A DNA stretch of 64,000 nt from NCBI GenBank assembly GCA_050084515.1, contig CM114271.1, forward strand, positions 10,416,001-10,480,000, given 5' to 3'. Positions within the stretch are counted from its first letter, which is position 1. Each line of letters begins with the position of its first letter. The stretch comes from Blasia pusilla (taxonomy: Eukaryota). The translations under genes and the position numbers were made by a program. Below the pieces are notes generated by a model. It searched no databases. It was not told the DNA's origin and saw nothing but the letters and a program-made list of their open reading frames with translations. Shown here piece by piece: positions 23,201 through 36,206 of this stretch.

Positions 23201-25385
23201 CAAGTGGAGCTAAGTGGAGGTGTGAACTGAGGGCTCTCAGCTTCACTTATTAATGCTCAGTTTGGTTTAGTACAAGAGGCATACATGTTGTTGGCTAGTA
23301 GACACTTGATCTCTTGAGCCAAGCTATCCAGCAGAGTATGTGCTCCTAGATCTAGGTAGTGTGTAGTGTGCTTGAAGGGGCTGAGACTAAGAAGGTCTCC
23401 CATGTACTAGATGGCTTTGTGATATACATAAAGTAGCCCTTTGGAATGATTTCACTCCACTGCCCTATATCTGAGTTTGTGCATGATTGAGTGATGAGTT
23501 GGAGGGCTTGATGAAGTGAGATTCTTGGAGCTGGTTCAACTAATCATTCAAACGTGTAGTGAGTGGACAAGAGGCTATACCAATAGAGGAGAGGCAAGCT
23601 TAGGTTCCAAGATTGTGCTCCTCCAAGGTGTGCTTTGAAAGCTTGCTGTTCTGCCCACCTGAGTATGGCCTTTGACACCAATCATTGATTACTTCCAGGG
23701 TGTGACAACCTGGACTTCCAGGTCTGGTAAGTGATAAGAGATTAGTGAGTGGAGAAATAGGGTCATGCTTGAGCTTCAATATAGGTAGAAGATCAAGGGC
23801 TCAGCTTGTTAAGTCTCCTACTACCTGAACAAGGAGGGAGAACAAAGGACCAGCAAGGTAAGAGGAGAAGAAGAAGGCATGTGGGTGTTGGTTTGAGCAA
23901 ATAGAGAGTTGCAGCCCTTTCACGCTACCCTGGGGGTGGATGATTATACTAGACAGTGTATTGGATGGCCTTATGTTGTTTTAGTAGTCTCTAGTTGTGA
24001 CCCTTGAGTATGTGTGCTGGTTGGATTGCCACTGGATACTCTATCTAAGGACTCAAAACTACACCCAAGCTCTCACTAGATACTTGGTGAGGAGCAAAAG
24101 GTGATCGCACTACTTGATCAGTTAGGAGTTGTGTGTGCTTTAGAGGATTTCCTTGGTACATTCAACTAGTCCAAGGCAGCACATTAGAGGACCTTACGCT
24201 GCCCTGGTCATTCTTGATTGTGATTTCTAAGTAGAGTGTGCTTGTTGGGTTCCACTGGGCACTCCACTCAAAGCATTCAAGAGAATGGAAGGAGCTTTGG
24301 TTAGTGTGGTGAGAATAGGATTATGATACTGAAGTGGAGATTGTTTCTCCAGCCTCTTAAGGTAAAGAGGTTTACAGCTGTTAAGAAGTACATCATAGAG
24401 TTTTGATCTTTTGGCCTGGCCCTAAGCTCTTACATGGGACCGAACAGGTGGAAATAGCATTATTTTCACTTGGGTTGGGAGTTGGCCATGTATTCCCTGC
24501 TATGACAAGCCCAACATGAAAGAAGATGTTGCTCAATACGTGAAGACCTACGTGACCTATTAGGCGAACAGGATTTCTTATGCAAAGAAACAAGGCTTGT
24601 TGCATCCCTTTCCGATTCCGAACAGGCCCTTGCATAGTATGAGTATGGACTTCATAACGAGTCTTCCAGAGTCTGAGGGATACAACATTATACCTGTGAT
24701 AGTTGATTAGTTCAGTAAGTTGGGAAGATTCGTGCCAAAGGTAGATTCAACGACGGCCTATACGACTTCCCGACTCTTCCAGGATGGTTGGTGGCACGCG
24801 CACGGATTGCCAAGGAGTATTCTTTCAGATCGGGATCCAAAGTTTACCAATGCCTTTTGGAAACACTTGTTGAGGAGGTTCAAGAACAAGTTGAGTTTCA
24901 GCATGGCCTTCTATCTGCAGACGGATGGGCAAACATAAAATGTTAACTCCCTTGTGAACCAATACTTAAGGAATTACGTGAGCGCGGACCATCGAGATTG
25001 GGTGAAGTGGTTGAGTATGGCGGAGTTCTGCTACAACTCCACCAAACATTCTCCAACTCGAGAATCTCCATTTCTCCTTGCTTATGGAGGTGAGCCAGCA
25101 GGGCCTCTTGACCTAGCCCTTTTGAAGGGTACTACATCAGCATCGACTCAACAAGCGACGGCAAAAGGTTTGTTAGCGGAAATGCAAGAACGAGAGGAGC
25201 GAGCAAGGAGAAACCTTGAAAAGGCTCAACTGAGGTACATTAAGCAAGCACCAAGTGAGATTCCAAGTTGGAGAACAAGTGTGGTTGAGTGTGAAGAATC
25301 TCACTCTTCTGAAGGAGTTGTCGGCGAAGCTATCTGCCAAGTATGCTGGACCGTATGTGATTAAGGCAAACTCGTTTGAGGATGT
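20247..25385 (+). pseudogene. pol: pol of element A (PR-RT-RH-INT), interrupted at ~22336-24507
   Basis: [10 protein letters not shown] (20953-21540), RNase H (21682-22161), CHDGPLAGH, then PNMKEDVAQYVK and integrase core 24720-25364. Many stops. Confidence 0.9.
22361..24507 (+). repeat. LTR-like fragment of an unrelated family (~2.1 kb), 5'-truncated
   Basis: Non-coding, CpG-poor, ends TATGACA exactly where A integrase resumes. Short tandem AAAAGTGTCCACTTTCC at ~22840. No TSD. Confidence 0.5.
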
Positions 25386-25650
25386 TGTGATACCCACAAT
25401 TTTGTACTTTTGAAGAAATACATCTTTTTATTCAACGAAGACTTGTATATACATTATGATTTTGATTATTATATATTATTATGGGGAGGAATGAGTAAGA
25501 TTAAAATGAATCACGAAGCTCCAAGGACAAGGCAGAGAGATAGAAAATCAAGGATTTGCCTAAGAGGAGAGGAGAATAAAATAACGAAGTCTCAAGACCC
25601 AGCAAGAAGCTTCGGAACGACAACGAAGCCCTGCGAAGCTCTGTGAAGCT
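25386..25650 (+). repeat. 5' fragment of a family-C LTR fused by deletion to the 3' LTR of A
   Basis: Starts TGTGATACCCACAATTTT as the solo LTR at 50119 does, then switches to A-LTR sequence at ~25651. Confidence 0.8.
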
Positions 25651-26425
25651 CAGTCCCAAGTCTCGAAAGGCTTGCCCGTGTAGGGAACCTAGGAATAAGG
25701 GAATGTTGAGATTGATGAGATGCCGAGTTGAGGACTCGGTGGGTTGGAAGGCCGCTTGACCCAAAGCCACACTAACGTGAGTGCGTTTGGGTGCGAGTTG
25801 GCGATGAGAGCGTGTCCTACTGAACGTACACTTCCGCAACACTAAGATTGACGTTCAAGAAGAGTAGGCGCACAACACTAAGAGCAATGTTCCCTAAAGA
25901 AACAGACTTGGAGAGAAGGATTCGTGAAGGATACATGAAGGATGCGCAAGCGAGTGAGTACCTAAGGAATTTGAATCAAGGCAAGAAGGTGGCCAACATA
26001 AGTTTAAGGCATGCTTTGCTCAGGTTTAAGCAGAGCAGATCTATGTGGGTCAAGATAGGCTACGGACTAAGGTGCTAGTGGAATATCATGACATACCTTT
26101 AGCACGACATAGAGGGGAGAAATCCACACTTTTTGGTCTGACCAAGAGGTTCTTCTAGCCGAGCATGAAAGAAGATGTTTCTCAGTATGTGAAGACCTGA
26201 GTGACTTGTGAGCCGAACAGAGTTCTTATGCGAAGAAACAAGGCTTACTTTGTCCTCTGCCGATTCCAGAGGAACCTTTGCAAATTATAAGCATGGATTT
26301 CATTACAAACTCATAGAGTCTGATGGATAAAACGCTATACTTATGATAGTTGATCGGTTCAGCAAGTTGGGCAAGTTTGTGCCGACAATAGAGTCTACAA
26401 TGACGTACACAACTTCCTAACTGTT

Positions 26426-29400
26426 TGTGATACCTTCAATTTTGCAAATTTTGAGGATAGGCACAATTTTGTATCAAAAAGAGTGCAGAAGTCTTCAAGA
26501 ATGAAGATTGAAGACTATATGAAGTAAAGTTTGTATATACAAGGAGTTCTTGAATATTATTTCTTGTGTAATGGAAGAGTGAGGCATATTGGAATGGATT
26601 ATGAAGCTCCTAGGATAAGTCAGAGAAGTGGAACATCAAGGACGTGCCTTGGAGGAGAGGGAAATGAATTCACGAAGTCTAAAGACAACAAAGCACATTA
26701 AAGAACTTGTTAATGAAGTACTTTGTTCTTTAATGAAGCACCAAGATGAAGTAGCAGTACTTCGCGCATGAACGAAGAACGAAGCACTTGAAACAAGAGC
26801 AAAGAGCAAAGCGCTTTGTCAGTTAACAAAGAGGAAGAGGTCACAACTTTGCAGCGAAGATAAGAGTGTCTGTGATTTCAAGCGACACACCGTTACAGTA
26901 GTTAGGCTAGGAACATGCGTGACTTTTTGGAGCAGATAGGAACGTAGGAGAGTTACAACCAGTGGATTCCTAGGGAACATAGGAAGAGTCAACAGAACCG
27001 TAGATGTAAGTAGTTAAAAGATCCCAATAGGTGCCTACTTAGCAAGTGATCTGAAGTGCCCGTAGAGTGGATTGGGAGAACAGCTTTCACCAAAAGAAGA
27101 ATCAATTGCGAGATGTGAGAAATTTGTTTGACAAAGAGTAACCTGCCAGGACGGATTGAGTTCCGGAAGTAGGAGAAGCCATCTCGTTGATGAGATCTCC
27201 ATGAGGTTCTTTGGTGTTGAGTGAGGATCTAACTTAGCGTTCATTCGATTCCACTTGAGAGGAAAGAGGAAGGAAATCTTGGTACTTGTAAGAAGAAGGA
27301 TAATATGATAAATGATTGGATTCGACTTGTATATACATAACTACAACTTTCACATGATAAAAAAACACCTTAAGCTTTCTTTTCAAATAATTGTGATCTT
27401 CTTAGGGATCAAACTTCATAAATCATCATAAAAAGATCAACTCTTATAATTCTTGTACATTCCATATAGCAAAAAATTCTTGGCATCCGTGTCGGGGATC
27501 ATAAGATTAGCTGAAGAGAGAGAAGGGGGGAATGGGTGAAGTGAGCAAGGAGGAAGGAGCCTTGCTGCATCCCAGACCAAGCTACTTAGTGTTAACAGAA
27601 GAACATCTCCCGTCTCTAGCTATCACCCTTAGGAAGTGGATTTCGGAAGATAATAAACCCTTTGCTGCACAAGTCTTAGCAAAGATAGAACATCTAATTA
27701 GTCTAGTTAAGGAACGTGTGGCCGAAAGGTGCTCCGCCCATGAACATTAGTTGTACTTGGTGATGACCCGGTACTTCTGTTTATGGGAGGAAAACCTGGC
27801 AACTAGAGTTCCAACACAATCCCGTAGAAACTGAGAAGAGTTAGTGTCCATCCATGGAGATGCACTTCGTAGAGATCTTGGGTGAACACCAAAGATCGGG
27901 AGCCCGAATGGGTACCCATGGACGAAGACCGACCATCAACTTAGAATCAGCGAGCTGAGCGCAGGAACAAGCAGCAAGAAGACCACCCATCTTGGAAATC
28001 TTCGGGAGTAGCTCTGTATTGTACAACTCATGGAAAAAGGTACTCTTTTAATCGCAAAGTACTAAGTTTGTTCCCAAGAGATCACTGTTTCTTGAGTAAA
28101 GAGAGGTTTTATAAGAAAACTCAAGAATAACTCCTTCTTCACTACACTATTCACTAATTATGGTAACTAAGTCTTCACTAGTACAGAAGAACAAAATGGT
28201 TTTCTTCCCTCTTGGAAAAGACTCTTCTCAAGTGCAAACAAAGACTCTTGCGAATCTTGGATAACAAAGTTCTTACAAAGACCTCAAAGAGACCTCAAGA
28301 ATGAGCGGCTCATCCTACTTTCAGAATTGAATCTGTCACGGCAGGTTAATCAATGTCTAACAACTTTCCTACGCTCTTCTTGATTATCTTTTGGAATTTC
28401 AAAATCAGAAGATCCAACTCTCATCTCTACTACAGCCCAATAAAGTTTTACATTCGATTCCGCACATCAGAAAGCAGGAGAGAAAACACTTCTTCTTCAT
28501 CAAAGAGTGAAAAGAACTAGAAAATATTGCAAGCTTCATAAAGTAAAAGACTCTTTGGCTTGGATCATCCCCACAACACTCCTTACACAACCCACCAAGA
28601 CTACTGGGAAATTCAAGATACAAGGGAATGATCCCTTCTTCTTCTAATTTTCTCTTTAAATACTCTTTTACAATTCCTGATTGATCTTCCTATTCTACTC
28701 TAGATTTCTAACTGATAATCCTACCCTCCTCAGTTCGAATTCTCCAATCCCTCATCTTCCTAAGTTGGTTGGTCGCCCTCGCGATTCATTTCTGCTTCCT
28801 TCTGAACTGTTGCACCGCTCTATTTCTGACTTCCAAAACCGCCGCGACGGTTCAATCTTCACAGTCTTTGCGGTCTTCGCTATCCTATCTTTGTGAAGAC
28901 TCTTATCCTTCTGTCGCCGCGAAGATTCCTCCTTGTGATTTCCTTTCAATCCACTTTCCTCAAAACATTCTTTCTATTTCCTATTCGTTATACACATTTC
29001 CGCTTTGTGAAGACTATTTGCTTCTTCTTCTTCTTCCTCTTCCTTCTTAGAGTTCTTAGTCTTTGCTCTTGAGTCTTCGGTCTTTGTACTAAGACTCCCT
29101 TTAGTCTTCTCTTGCAAAGAAGTTGTTTCCAGTCTTCACCACTGTTCCTATTGTGGTCTTCTTTGCAAAGTACCGACGCCTCTTATTCTAGTTTATTTTC
29201 CCATCATTTCCTACTTTTACATCATTCTCACTCTTCCAAGAGAGTCCTTAATCTCTTACTATCTCTTGTCCTCTCATCAAAGTTTTGTCAGTCCAAGTTT
29301 TCACACAATTTTGGTAAAGTATGTATCTTTAGTTCTGGTATTGAGTCTTTAGTCTTCACTCAAGGAAGACTTACGTAAAAAAATGCTCTTTCTCTCAAAA

Positions 29401-31330
29401 TTTCAAAAACATGGGCACTACAAGCTCCCAGTCCTTGTCCTCGTGCAAAGCCGAAGACCGGGAAGAGGGACAGAAGTGCTTCACCCCGCACATCCCCTAT
29501 ACCTTCAAGATCAGAGGATAATACGACTTGGAATCCCTTTGGGGATTTAGGGGACGAGATAGTCCTGACACAAACCAATCTACCAATTGGGAGGTACTGG
29601 TGTGCTCTTATTTGTTCACCAAGCTCCGGAATCTCTGAGTGTTCTCCCTCAGGGTCTCCTTCGTCCATCTTCTTAAGTCACGAAGCTTTGTTAGAAGACG
29701 GTCCTCGAATTCTAAGTCTCGGAATTCATGCAGGAAGGCTTGCAAGGCTCCCTTCCAAGTTTCTCTAGCCTAGCTTCCACCCCGTTATTCCACAAGGCTC
29801 ATTTCTTCAACAAGCCTGGAAAGACTCATAATAACTCTTCTTCTAAACCCTCCCCATTAGCCTTAGCTACATGGGTAAACTCAAGCATAAAGTTTTCCAC
29901 AACATCTCTCCAACCTCCCTCAAAAGTGGGTTATCTCAATGGCGTCTTTCTTACCTTGGCCATCTGATGTGTCAGGCCATTAGGTATATGACTTTATCTT
30001 CTTGAAGGGGAAGGTATAGGTTCAGGCTTCGGAGGCCTGTACTCTCGAAAACTGCGGGATTGCGGTGCTTTTCACTCCAGGACCTATGGCCGCCGGTTGA
30101 AGGTGGCGGAAATGAAGAGCAGATAGATTAGGTTGTTGGTGGTAAGAACTCCTAGTAATTCTCCTCAGTCCCAACAGAGTTCAAAACAGAATCAGAAGAA
30201 ATGGATCGGTACTGTCGCTGGGCCCAACGAGTGGTGCTAGAAGCACTTATTGCATCCGCGGAAGCATACAAAGCCTCCAAGAAGTCTCGTAAAACACAAA
30301 GATTGCGCCATCAACAATGAGGCTCTTCGCGGTCCAGCTCTTCATGCAAGGACGAAGCATCCTCAACAGACATCGAAGCTTCAACGGATAGTTCACTTGA
30401 GTCCTCAAATTCCGGGGAAGAGTCTAAAGCTTAGGGGAAGAAGAAAGTGAAGAATCATAAGAGCGCCTCAAGGCATGGGCAAAAAGCCAAGTCAATGAAG
30501 CAGGTTAGCAGGAAATCTATAAGCCCCGCACACAAGCCAACAAGGGATGCAGGGAAATCGACCATTGAGGAGTTGATCAAACAAATGGCTGAATTGAAAG
30601 TGAATCTGGCGGCCCAGAACGACCCTAGAAGAAGACTAGGTCTGATGAGGCCAAACGTGTCGTGCAGTGCCTCCGGGAACCAAGGGCATACTACACAAGA
30701 GTGTCACCTTCAACGGGATCTTCGTTGGGTTCAGGAGCATCCAACCTTGGAAGATGGTTGGTATGAAGCAGAACAATGCGAAGGGTGATATGCAATCCAA
30801 ACCATGCCAACACATAACCCCGCAGGAAATTGGATTCCGATGTCCCCGGAGTACGGTGAACATAGACCTTTGCAATAGATCATAGGACATGCAACGTTCA
30901 CTCCACTAATAAAAAGGAACTACTGTTACAACTGCACAACAGTAGATCACTGGGCAAACAATTGCCCAAACCGGAAGAAGCCAATGGGATTGAATCCCTT
31001 GTGCAGAAATTTTAAGAAGGGCGGGCATAGTGCACTGGAGTGCCCGGAACCAAAGGTTCCTCAGTTGTTGGTTAAGTATGTGGCCACCCAACAACACAAA
31101 CTGAGGCCAAGAATGAAGTAAATGTCCAGTAGGTATGAGTGGAGGAGTTATCTTCTCCTAAGGCATGTAAAAAGATTACTATCAGAGAGGAGGAGCCCGC
31201 CACAAAGATGGCAAAAGAGTCTTCAAATAGACCCGAAGCACTCTTGAGCAAAGTCCTTGCAATGACCACCCGGTTGAAAATGAAGCAAGCTGTAAAGACA
31301 AGAGCTATAACATATACGAAGAGCTCTTGA
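26426..31330 (+). mobile_element. Family-C LTR retrotransposon 5' part (LTR 26426-27464, tRNA-Asp-like PBS at 27481, leader, gag C-terminus)
   Basis: LTR homologous to 50119-51341. TGGCATCCGTGTCGGGGATC PBS. STIEELIKQMAELKV plus three zinc-knuckle-like motifs at 30660-31043. Confidence 0.75.
28015..29422 (-). repeat. Solo LTR (family D, distantly related to C)
   Basis: TG...CA termini. TSD AGCTC at 28010-28014 and 29423-29427. Confidence 0.88.
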
Positions 31331-31383
31331 GCTCTTCGTATTTGTGCAATAACAAAGACTCACAGAAGAAGGCGGAGTCTTTT

Positions 31384-32372
31384 CGTAATGTACAAGGATA
31401 ATATAAAATAATCATTTTGGGAGTATTTAGGAAGTTCGATCCCCAAGAAGATCACTATTATCCAAAAAGAGAGCTTTAAGGTGTATTGTTGTTATGTAAA
31501 GGTGATAATTATGTTTATACAAAGCACATTCAAATATTCATCATGTCATTCTTCTTTTAATACGTACCAAGGTTTCCTTTCTTCTTTTCTCTCGAATGGT
31601 ATAAAACGAACTCTCTGGCATATGCTTCCTTAACACAAAAGAACCTCATTGAGATCTCAATCACCAGATGGCTTCTCCTGCTCGCCGAACTGAATTCATC
31701 TCGGCAGGTTGCTCTCTGTCGAACATATTTCTTACATCTCGCAATTGATTACTCTTCTAGTGAAAGATGCTCTCCCAATTATTTCTCACTCCATAGACCC
31801 AATAAGATCCCTCAGACATATGCACCGCACATCAGAATGAAGAAATGAGGTCTGTGCTATTCCGTCAAGAACAAAAAGGCCCTAAAGTGTTTACAAGCTC
31901 GGATCATTTCTACATCATAAGGGCGTTGCAATAGAATGATGCTAGAAACTCCTTTGAAAATCTTTAAATAGTCTCTTCAACGACGTTAGTAACGAAGATA
32001 TGAAGCGCTTTTTTAGAGTAGACACCTCTTGGGATCTTTTAACTACTTTAATCTAAGGTTCTCTTAACTGTTCCTATGATCCCTAAAAATTTGTTGGTCA
32101 TAACTATTCTCCCTTCCTATTTGCTCCGAAAAGTCACGCCTCTTCCTAACCTAGCTACTCTAACGGTGTGCCGCTTGAAATCCTCAACAATTTTCTCTTC
32201 CTGCAAAGTTGAGACCTCTTCCTCTTTGTTAATTGACAAAGTGATTTGCTCCTTGTTCTCGTTCGAAGTACTTTAGTCTTTGTCTTCACTCCGAGTATTA
32301 CTTACTTCACCTTGGTGCTTCGTTGAAGAGCGGAGGACTTTGTTAACCAAAAACTTCATCGTGCTTTGTCTT
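31384..32372 (-). repeat. Partial family-C LTR, reverse orientation
   Basis: Begins with the reverse complement of ...TGTACATTAC(A). Shares GGATCGAACTT and GTAGGAGAAGCCA-like blocks with other C LTRs. Confidence 0.75.
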
Positions 32373-32660
32373 TGTGGTACCCATATTTTTGAAATTTTGA
32401 CAAAAAGATCATTTTTGTACAGAATGATAATGAAGTCTTCACCGATTGAAGACTAAAGGCTAGAAGTAAAGAAGAATGCTTTGCAAAAATTATGTTGAAG
32501 CATGTTGAGTCCTCGAAGTGTGGAATTGGGAGAGCTCCAATGAAGGGACAAGACAGAGTGAGAGATTGAGGATTGTCTTAGAGGAGTGGGAATTGTCGTA
32601 AAAGTAGGAAAGGAGAATGATAAGGAAGAAGTAGGTGAGGCACGGGTGCTTCATAGCTAA
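32373..32660 (+). repeat. 5' fragment of a family-D LTR
   Basis: TGTGGTACCCATATTTTTGAAATTTTGA matches the 5' end of the solo LTR at 29422 (TGTAGTGCCCATGTTTTTGAAATTTTGA). Confidence 0.7.
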
Positions 32661-35503
32661 AATGCTCGACCAAACCAGTGAAGAGAGTGATCAAGAAATG
32701 GAGGATAAAGGACTTCCAAGATGAGGGCAACAAGAAGGTGTACATTGGCAAGCTGGAAGAAAATCTCTTGGCATTTGACACTTTCATTGAATCTACCGTC
32801 AAGACCTTTGGGTTCACAAGAATAATTGTGGACATGGTGCTGGCATGGTGGGAGCGTGGAGTGGCAGATGCTACCGAGATTGCTATCGGTAGGAAATTGA
32901 GAATATGCGGCAGAGCAATCAAATGGTGGTCCTTGGAACTCAAGGCAACCATTGCCAAACGAAGGGAAGCGTATGTCACAAGTGCCAAAGCCAGGGACGA
33001 TGCATCCTTGTGGGCAGAGTATGTGGCCCTACGCAAGGAAACCCATCTTCTCGTGCGCATGCACAAGAAGAAAATGAACCAAGCCACATACTCATCCATC
33101 AATGAGAATTTCATTGAGAATCAGAAAAAGTTCTAGATGGAAGTGCAGAAATTGAGCAAGGCCAGAGACAAAAACGACATAAAGGCCTTGAAGAGAAAAG
33201 ATGGTGGAATGGTGACAACAGCTAAACAGATCCGACATGTGTTGGAAGACCACTACAAGGAGTTAAGCAGAAAGCCCGCTCAAACATCCCTTGAGAGCAA
33301 AACTTCAAGAAGTGGTGGAGGATTTTGTTAAGATACAACAGGAGAAGGTAGATGATGAGGTTGAGATGGGCAACCCATATAACGATTGGTTCTCCTTGGT
33401 TGAGGTGGGAGCAGCGATCAAAGAACTTGTGAACCACAAACCAGGCGATGGTGATGAGCTTGTGAATGGGTTGTTGAGGTATGGCGATGCTGCTATGGCT
33501 CGTTCTCTAGTGAGTCTCTTCAACCTGATCTGCCGGGCAAAAATCATCCCACAAAAAATGGCGAGTGGGAGTCATCGTGAACCTCTTCAAGGGTGAGCGA
33601 GAAGACCCAAGAAATTACAAGGGTATTACATTGTTGAGTGTAGTCGGGAAGCTCCTTTGCCGTATACTCAACAGCAGGATCTGTGTGTACCTAGAGGAGA
33701 ATTTTGTCATCAAGGAAGGTCAGGCTCGCTTCCAGCAAGCCCGAGGATGCGTGGATCACATCTTCGCCTTAAATTAGATTATCCAGGGTAGGAAAAAAAA
33801 GGGGAAACCCACCTACTGCTTCTTCTTGGACCTCAAGAAGGCATACGACACTGTATGGCTTGACGGGCTATCTTGTAACTTGTGGAAGGCGGGGCTGAGA
33901 GGGAAAATGTGGAGGATGGTGGAGAAGATGTACCGAAACACAAGAAGTACAGTTTTGGTGGATGGCTTAAAGAGTGGGACATTCGACATCAAGCAAGGAG
34001 AGGCTCAAGGATGCCCGCTCTCCCCCACTCTCTTCAACATTTTTGTGAATTCCCTATTGGAAGAAATGGACGATAGTGGACTAGGCATACGGGTGGGCAA
34101 CAGCTCTGTTGTTGCCCTCATGTTTGCCGATGACTTTGGTGGCCTCGAGGAGACATGAGAGAAACTCCAAAATCTGGTGTGACATGTGGGGCATGGAGGC
34201 AAATGTATTGGAGTGTGGTGTGATGATTTTCAATGGCAAGGAGGAGGACCAAGACCAACAATGGTACTGGGGTGAACAAGAGATCCCCTGTGTCGCTACA
34301 TACACCTATCTCGGCATAGAGTTCTCGGAAGATTGCATGTGGGATGCACACATCAAGAAGACTACTGAGAAAGGCCACAAGAAGGTGAACGGTCTGTCCT
34401 GATTCCTACAGTGCCAGGACATCACATCAGAAGTAAAGCGCTGTGTCATTTTGCATACCATTCGTCCCTCGCTGGAATACGGGGCAGCAGTGTGGGATGC
34501 CAACACCAAACAAAGGGATAGGCTTGAAGCTGTGCAGCTGAAGGCGTTTCGGGGTATGATGTCAACTTCATCACGAAGAGCCCGTGTTGGTGTGAGATCA
34601 GAACTAGGTGTGGAACCCTTGGAGGATAGACGTGACATCGCCAAGTTGAAATGGCGGAGGCAGCTGGAGACAATGGACTCCCATCGCTATCCTAAAGAGG
34701 TGATTGGGAAAACCTGGACCCAAAGAAGAACCGTAAAGCAGGCCAAATCTTGGACAAAAAAGGTTCAAGAGATTGTGCAAGCATCCAAGCTCCCAGCAGG
34801 GCCTGAACTGTGGGAGCAAGATGAGAAAGCATTCGTGGATACCATAACCAAAGCAGTGGGCAAACGCTCACAGCAGAATAGCATGGAGGAAGCCATGAAA
34901 ATGTCTGACCTCTCTCTTTTGACGGTATATCCCGAGAGGGCAGAACTGAAGAACTATTTATGGGAACCCTTGCTTGGGAACCCGGCTCAAGTTCAAGTTC
35001 AGGACGGGGGCAATCCCCTTGAACCATAAGAAAAGCAGGATGGGAACACAACTAAACTCTTGCACCTTGTGTGACGATGGGGACGAAACCTCTAGTCATT
35101 ACTTGGTCTCCTGCGCAAAATTCACAACACACAGAGCAAGAGCATATGCTGATATTGCTAAGCTGGTAGCACCAGAATTGTTCAACACATTCAGTAGCCT
35201 TGATTCATTGCCCAAAACTGCTGCACTAGTAAGTAATGTCTATTGGGGATCCCAATCAGGTAAAGTAGATTGTGTGGTGAAGAGTTTCTTGGTTGACACT
35301 TGGAAGCTCCGCACAAACACGTTGTTTGGTCAGCACTCACACTATATGAGAGTGTCTCCCTCCTCTCATATGGTCCCTTCTTCACTTGCTTCTCTCTCTA
35401 CACCCATCCCAGTCTCAAGCACCGTCCAACCAGGGCGCGGGGTCTATGGTCGCAAGGCTACGACAGGCACTACTTAATGAGTACAGTCTCTCTCTCTCTC
35501 TCT
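32661..35503 (+). mobile_element. 5'-truncated LINE (non-LTR retrotransposon) ORF2: RT plus C-terminal CCHC finger, (TC)n tail
   Basis: NYKGITLLSVVGKL, LDLKKAYDTV, QGCPLSPTLFNIF, MFADD, YTYLG, RPSLEYG, CTLC...ETSSHYLVSC. Tail TCTCTC at 35487-35503. Confidence 0.9.
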
Positions 35504-36161
35504 GAGAAATCATGACCTTTAGTGGCTTGTTGATCCTTGGGGCAATGATCAAAGACACAGAAAGAGCAGGAGATTTGAGAAAGTTGATAGTTGTGTCGAT
35601 GTCAAGTCTGGGGTAGTCCACATTCTCAACTAGCCACAAAATTTGTCCCGCAAATCAGCAAACCCTCAACTCAACATCACATCGCAGACAGGGCACACAA
35701 AAAAAAAACCAGCCCAAAAGCACCTCGCAGACACACCACAACACTCAGAACAATTCAATTTCTCGGACAAAAAATTCGTTGCACAATTTAGCAATCTGCA
35801 GAACAGAGATGCTCAACAGTAGCTGTAGCATCGCCCGGCTCCACACAGAGAGAGCGAGAGAGGAAGACAGAGAGGAGCGCTCAGAAACATTCGATTTCTG
35901 CTCTCCAGAGAGTCCCGAGGCCCAAGAGTCATGCAAAGCCTTGAGAGTGGAAGAGCGGCGATGTCGCCTGACACCACACGAGGATTTCCTGGCGAGACAT
36001 GATGTTTGAGCGGCAAAGAACTCACTGCCATGAAATCCGGAAAAATCGCTCTCGCCCGCGTGTCCCTTTGCTGCACGCGGCATCCAGCTCTGCGCCTGCG
36101 CCGCCATGGCCCCTGCCTCCCCCCTCGCCTGACCGCATTGCAAACACAATGCCCTTTGCAT
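35504..36161 (-). pseudogene. PDS: Phytoene desaturase 5' fragment (transit-peptide exon, intron, start of exon 2)
   Basis: VDYPRLDIDTTINFLKSPALSVSLIIAPRINKPLKVMI matches plant PDS (D.PRP.L.NTVNFLEAA.LS.SFR.APRP.KPLKVVIAGAG). Cut just before the FAD-binding GAG motif. Upstream Ser/Ala/Arg-rich exon looks like a plastid transit peptide. Confidence 0.82.
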
Positions 36162-36206
36162 CTTCTCTCTTTCTTTCTCTCTCTCTCTCTCTCTAGAAAT
36201 CAAAAC

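Larger units (their letters stand above)
8521..25877 (+). mobile_element. Gypsy element A (same family as B), inserted in O
   Basis: TSD CTAAG at 8516-8520 and 25878-25882. 5' LTR 8521-9476, Met-i PBS, gag 9621-10823, pol 20247-22335 and 24508-25385, truncated 3' LTR 25651-25877. Confidence 0.9.
7788..26425 (+). mobile_element. Oldest chromovirus-family gypsy relic (element O): pol split into 7788-8520 and 25883-26425 by later insertions
   Basis: KLYAN...RNase H...TQVL stops at 8520 and resumes RAMFPKETDL at 25883, then integrase. CTAAG duplicated at the break. Confidence 0.85.
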
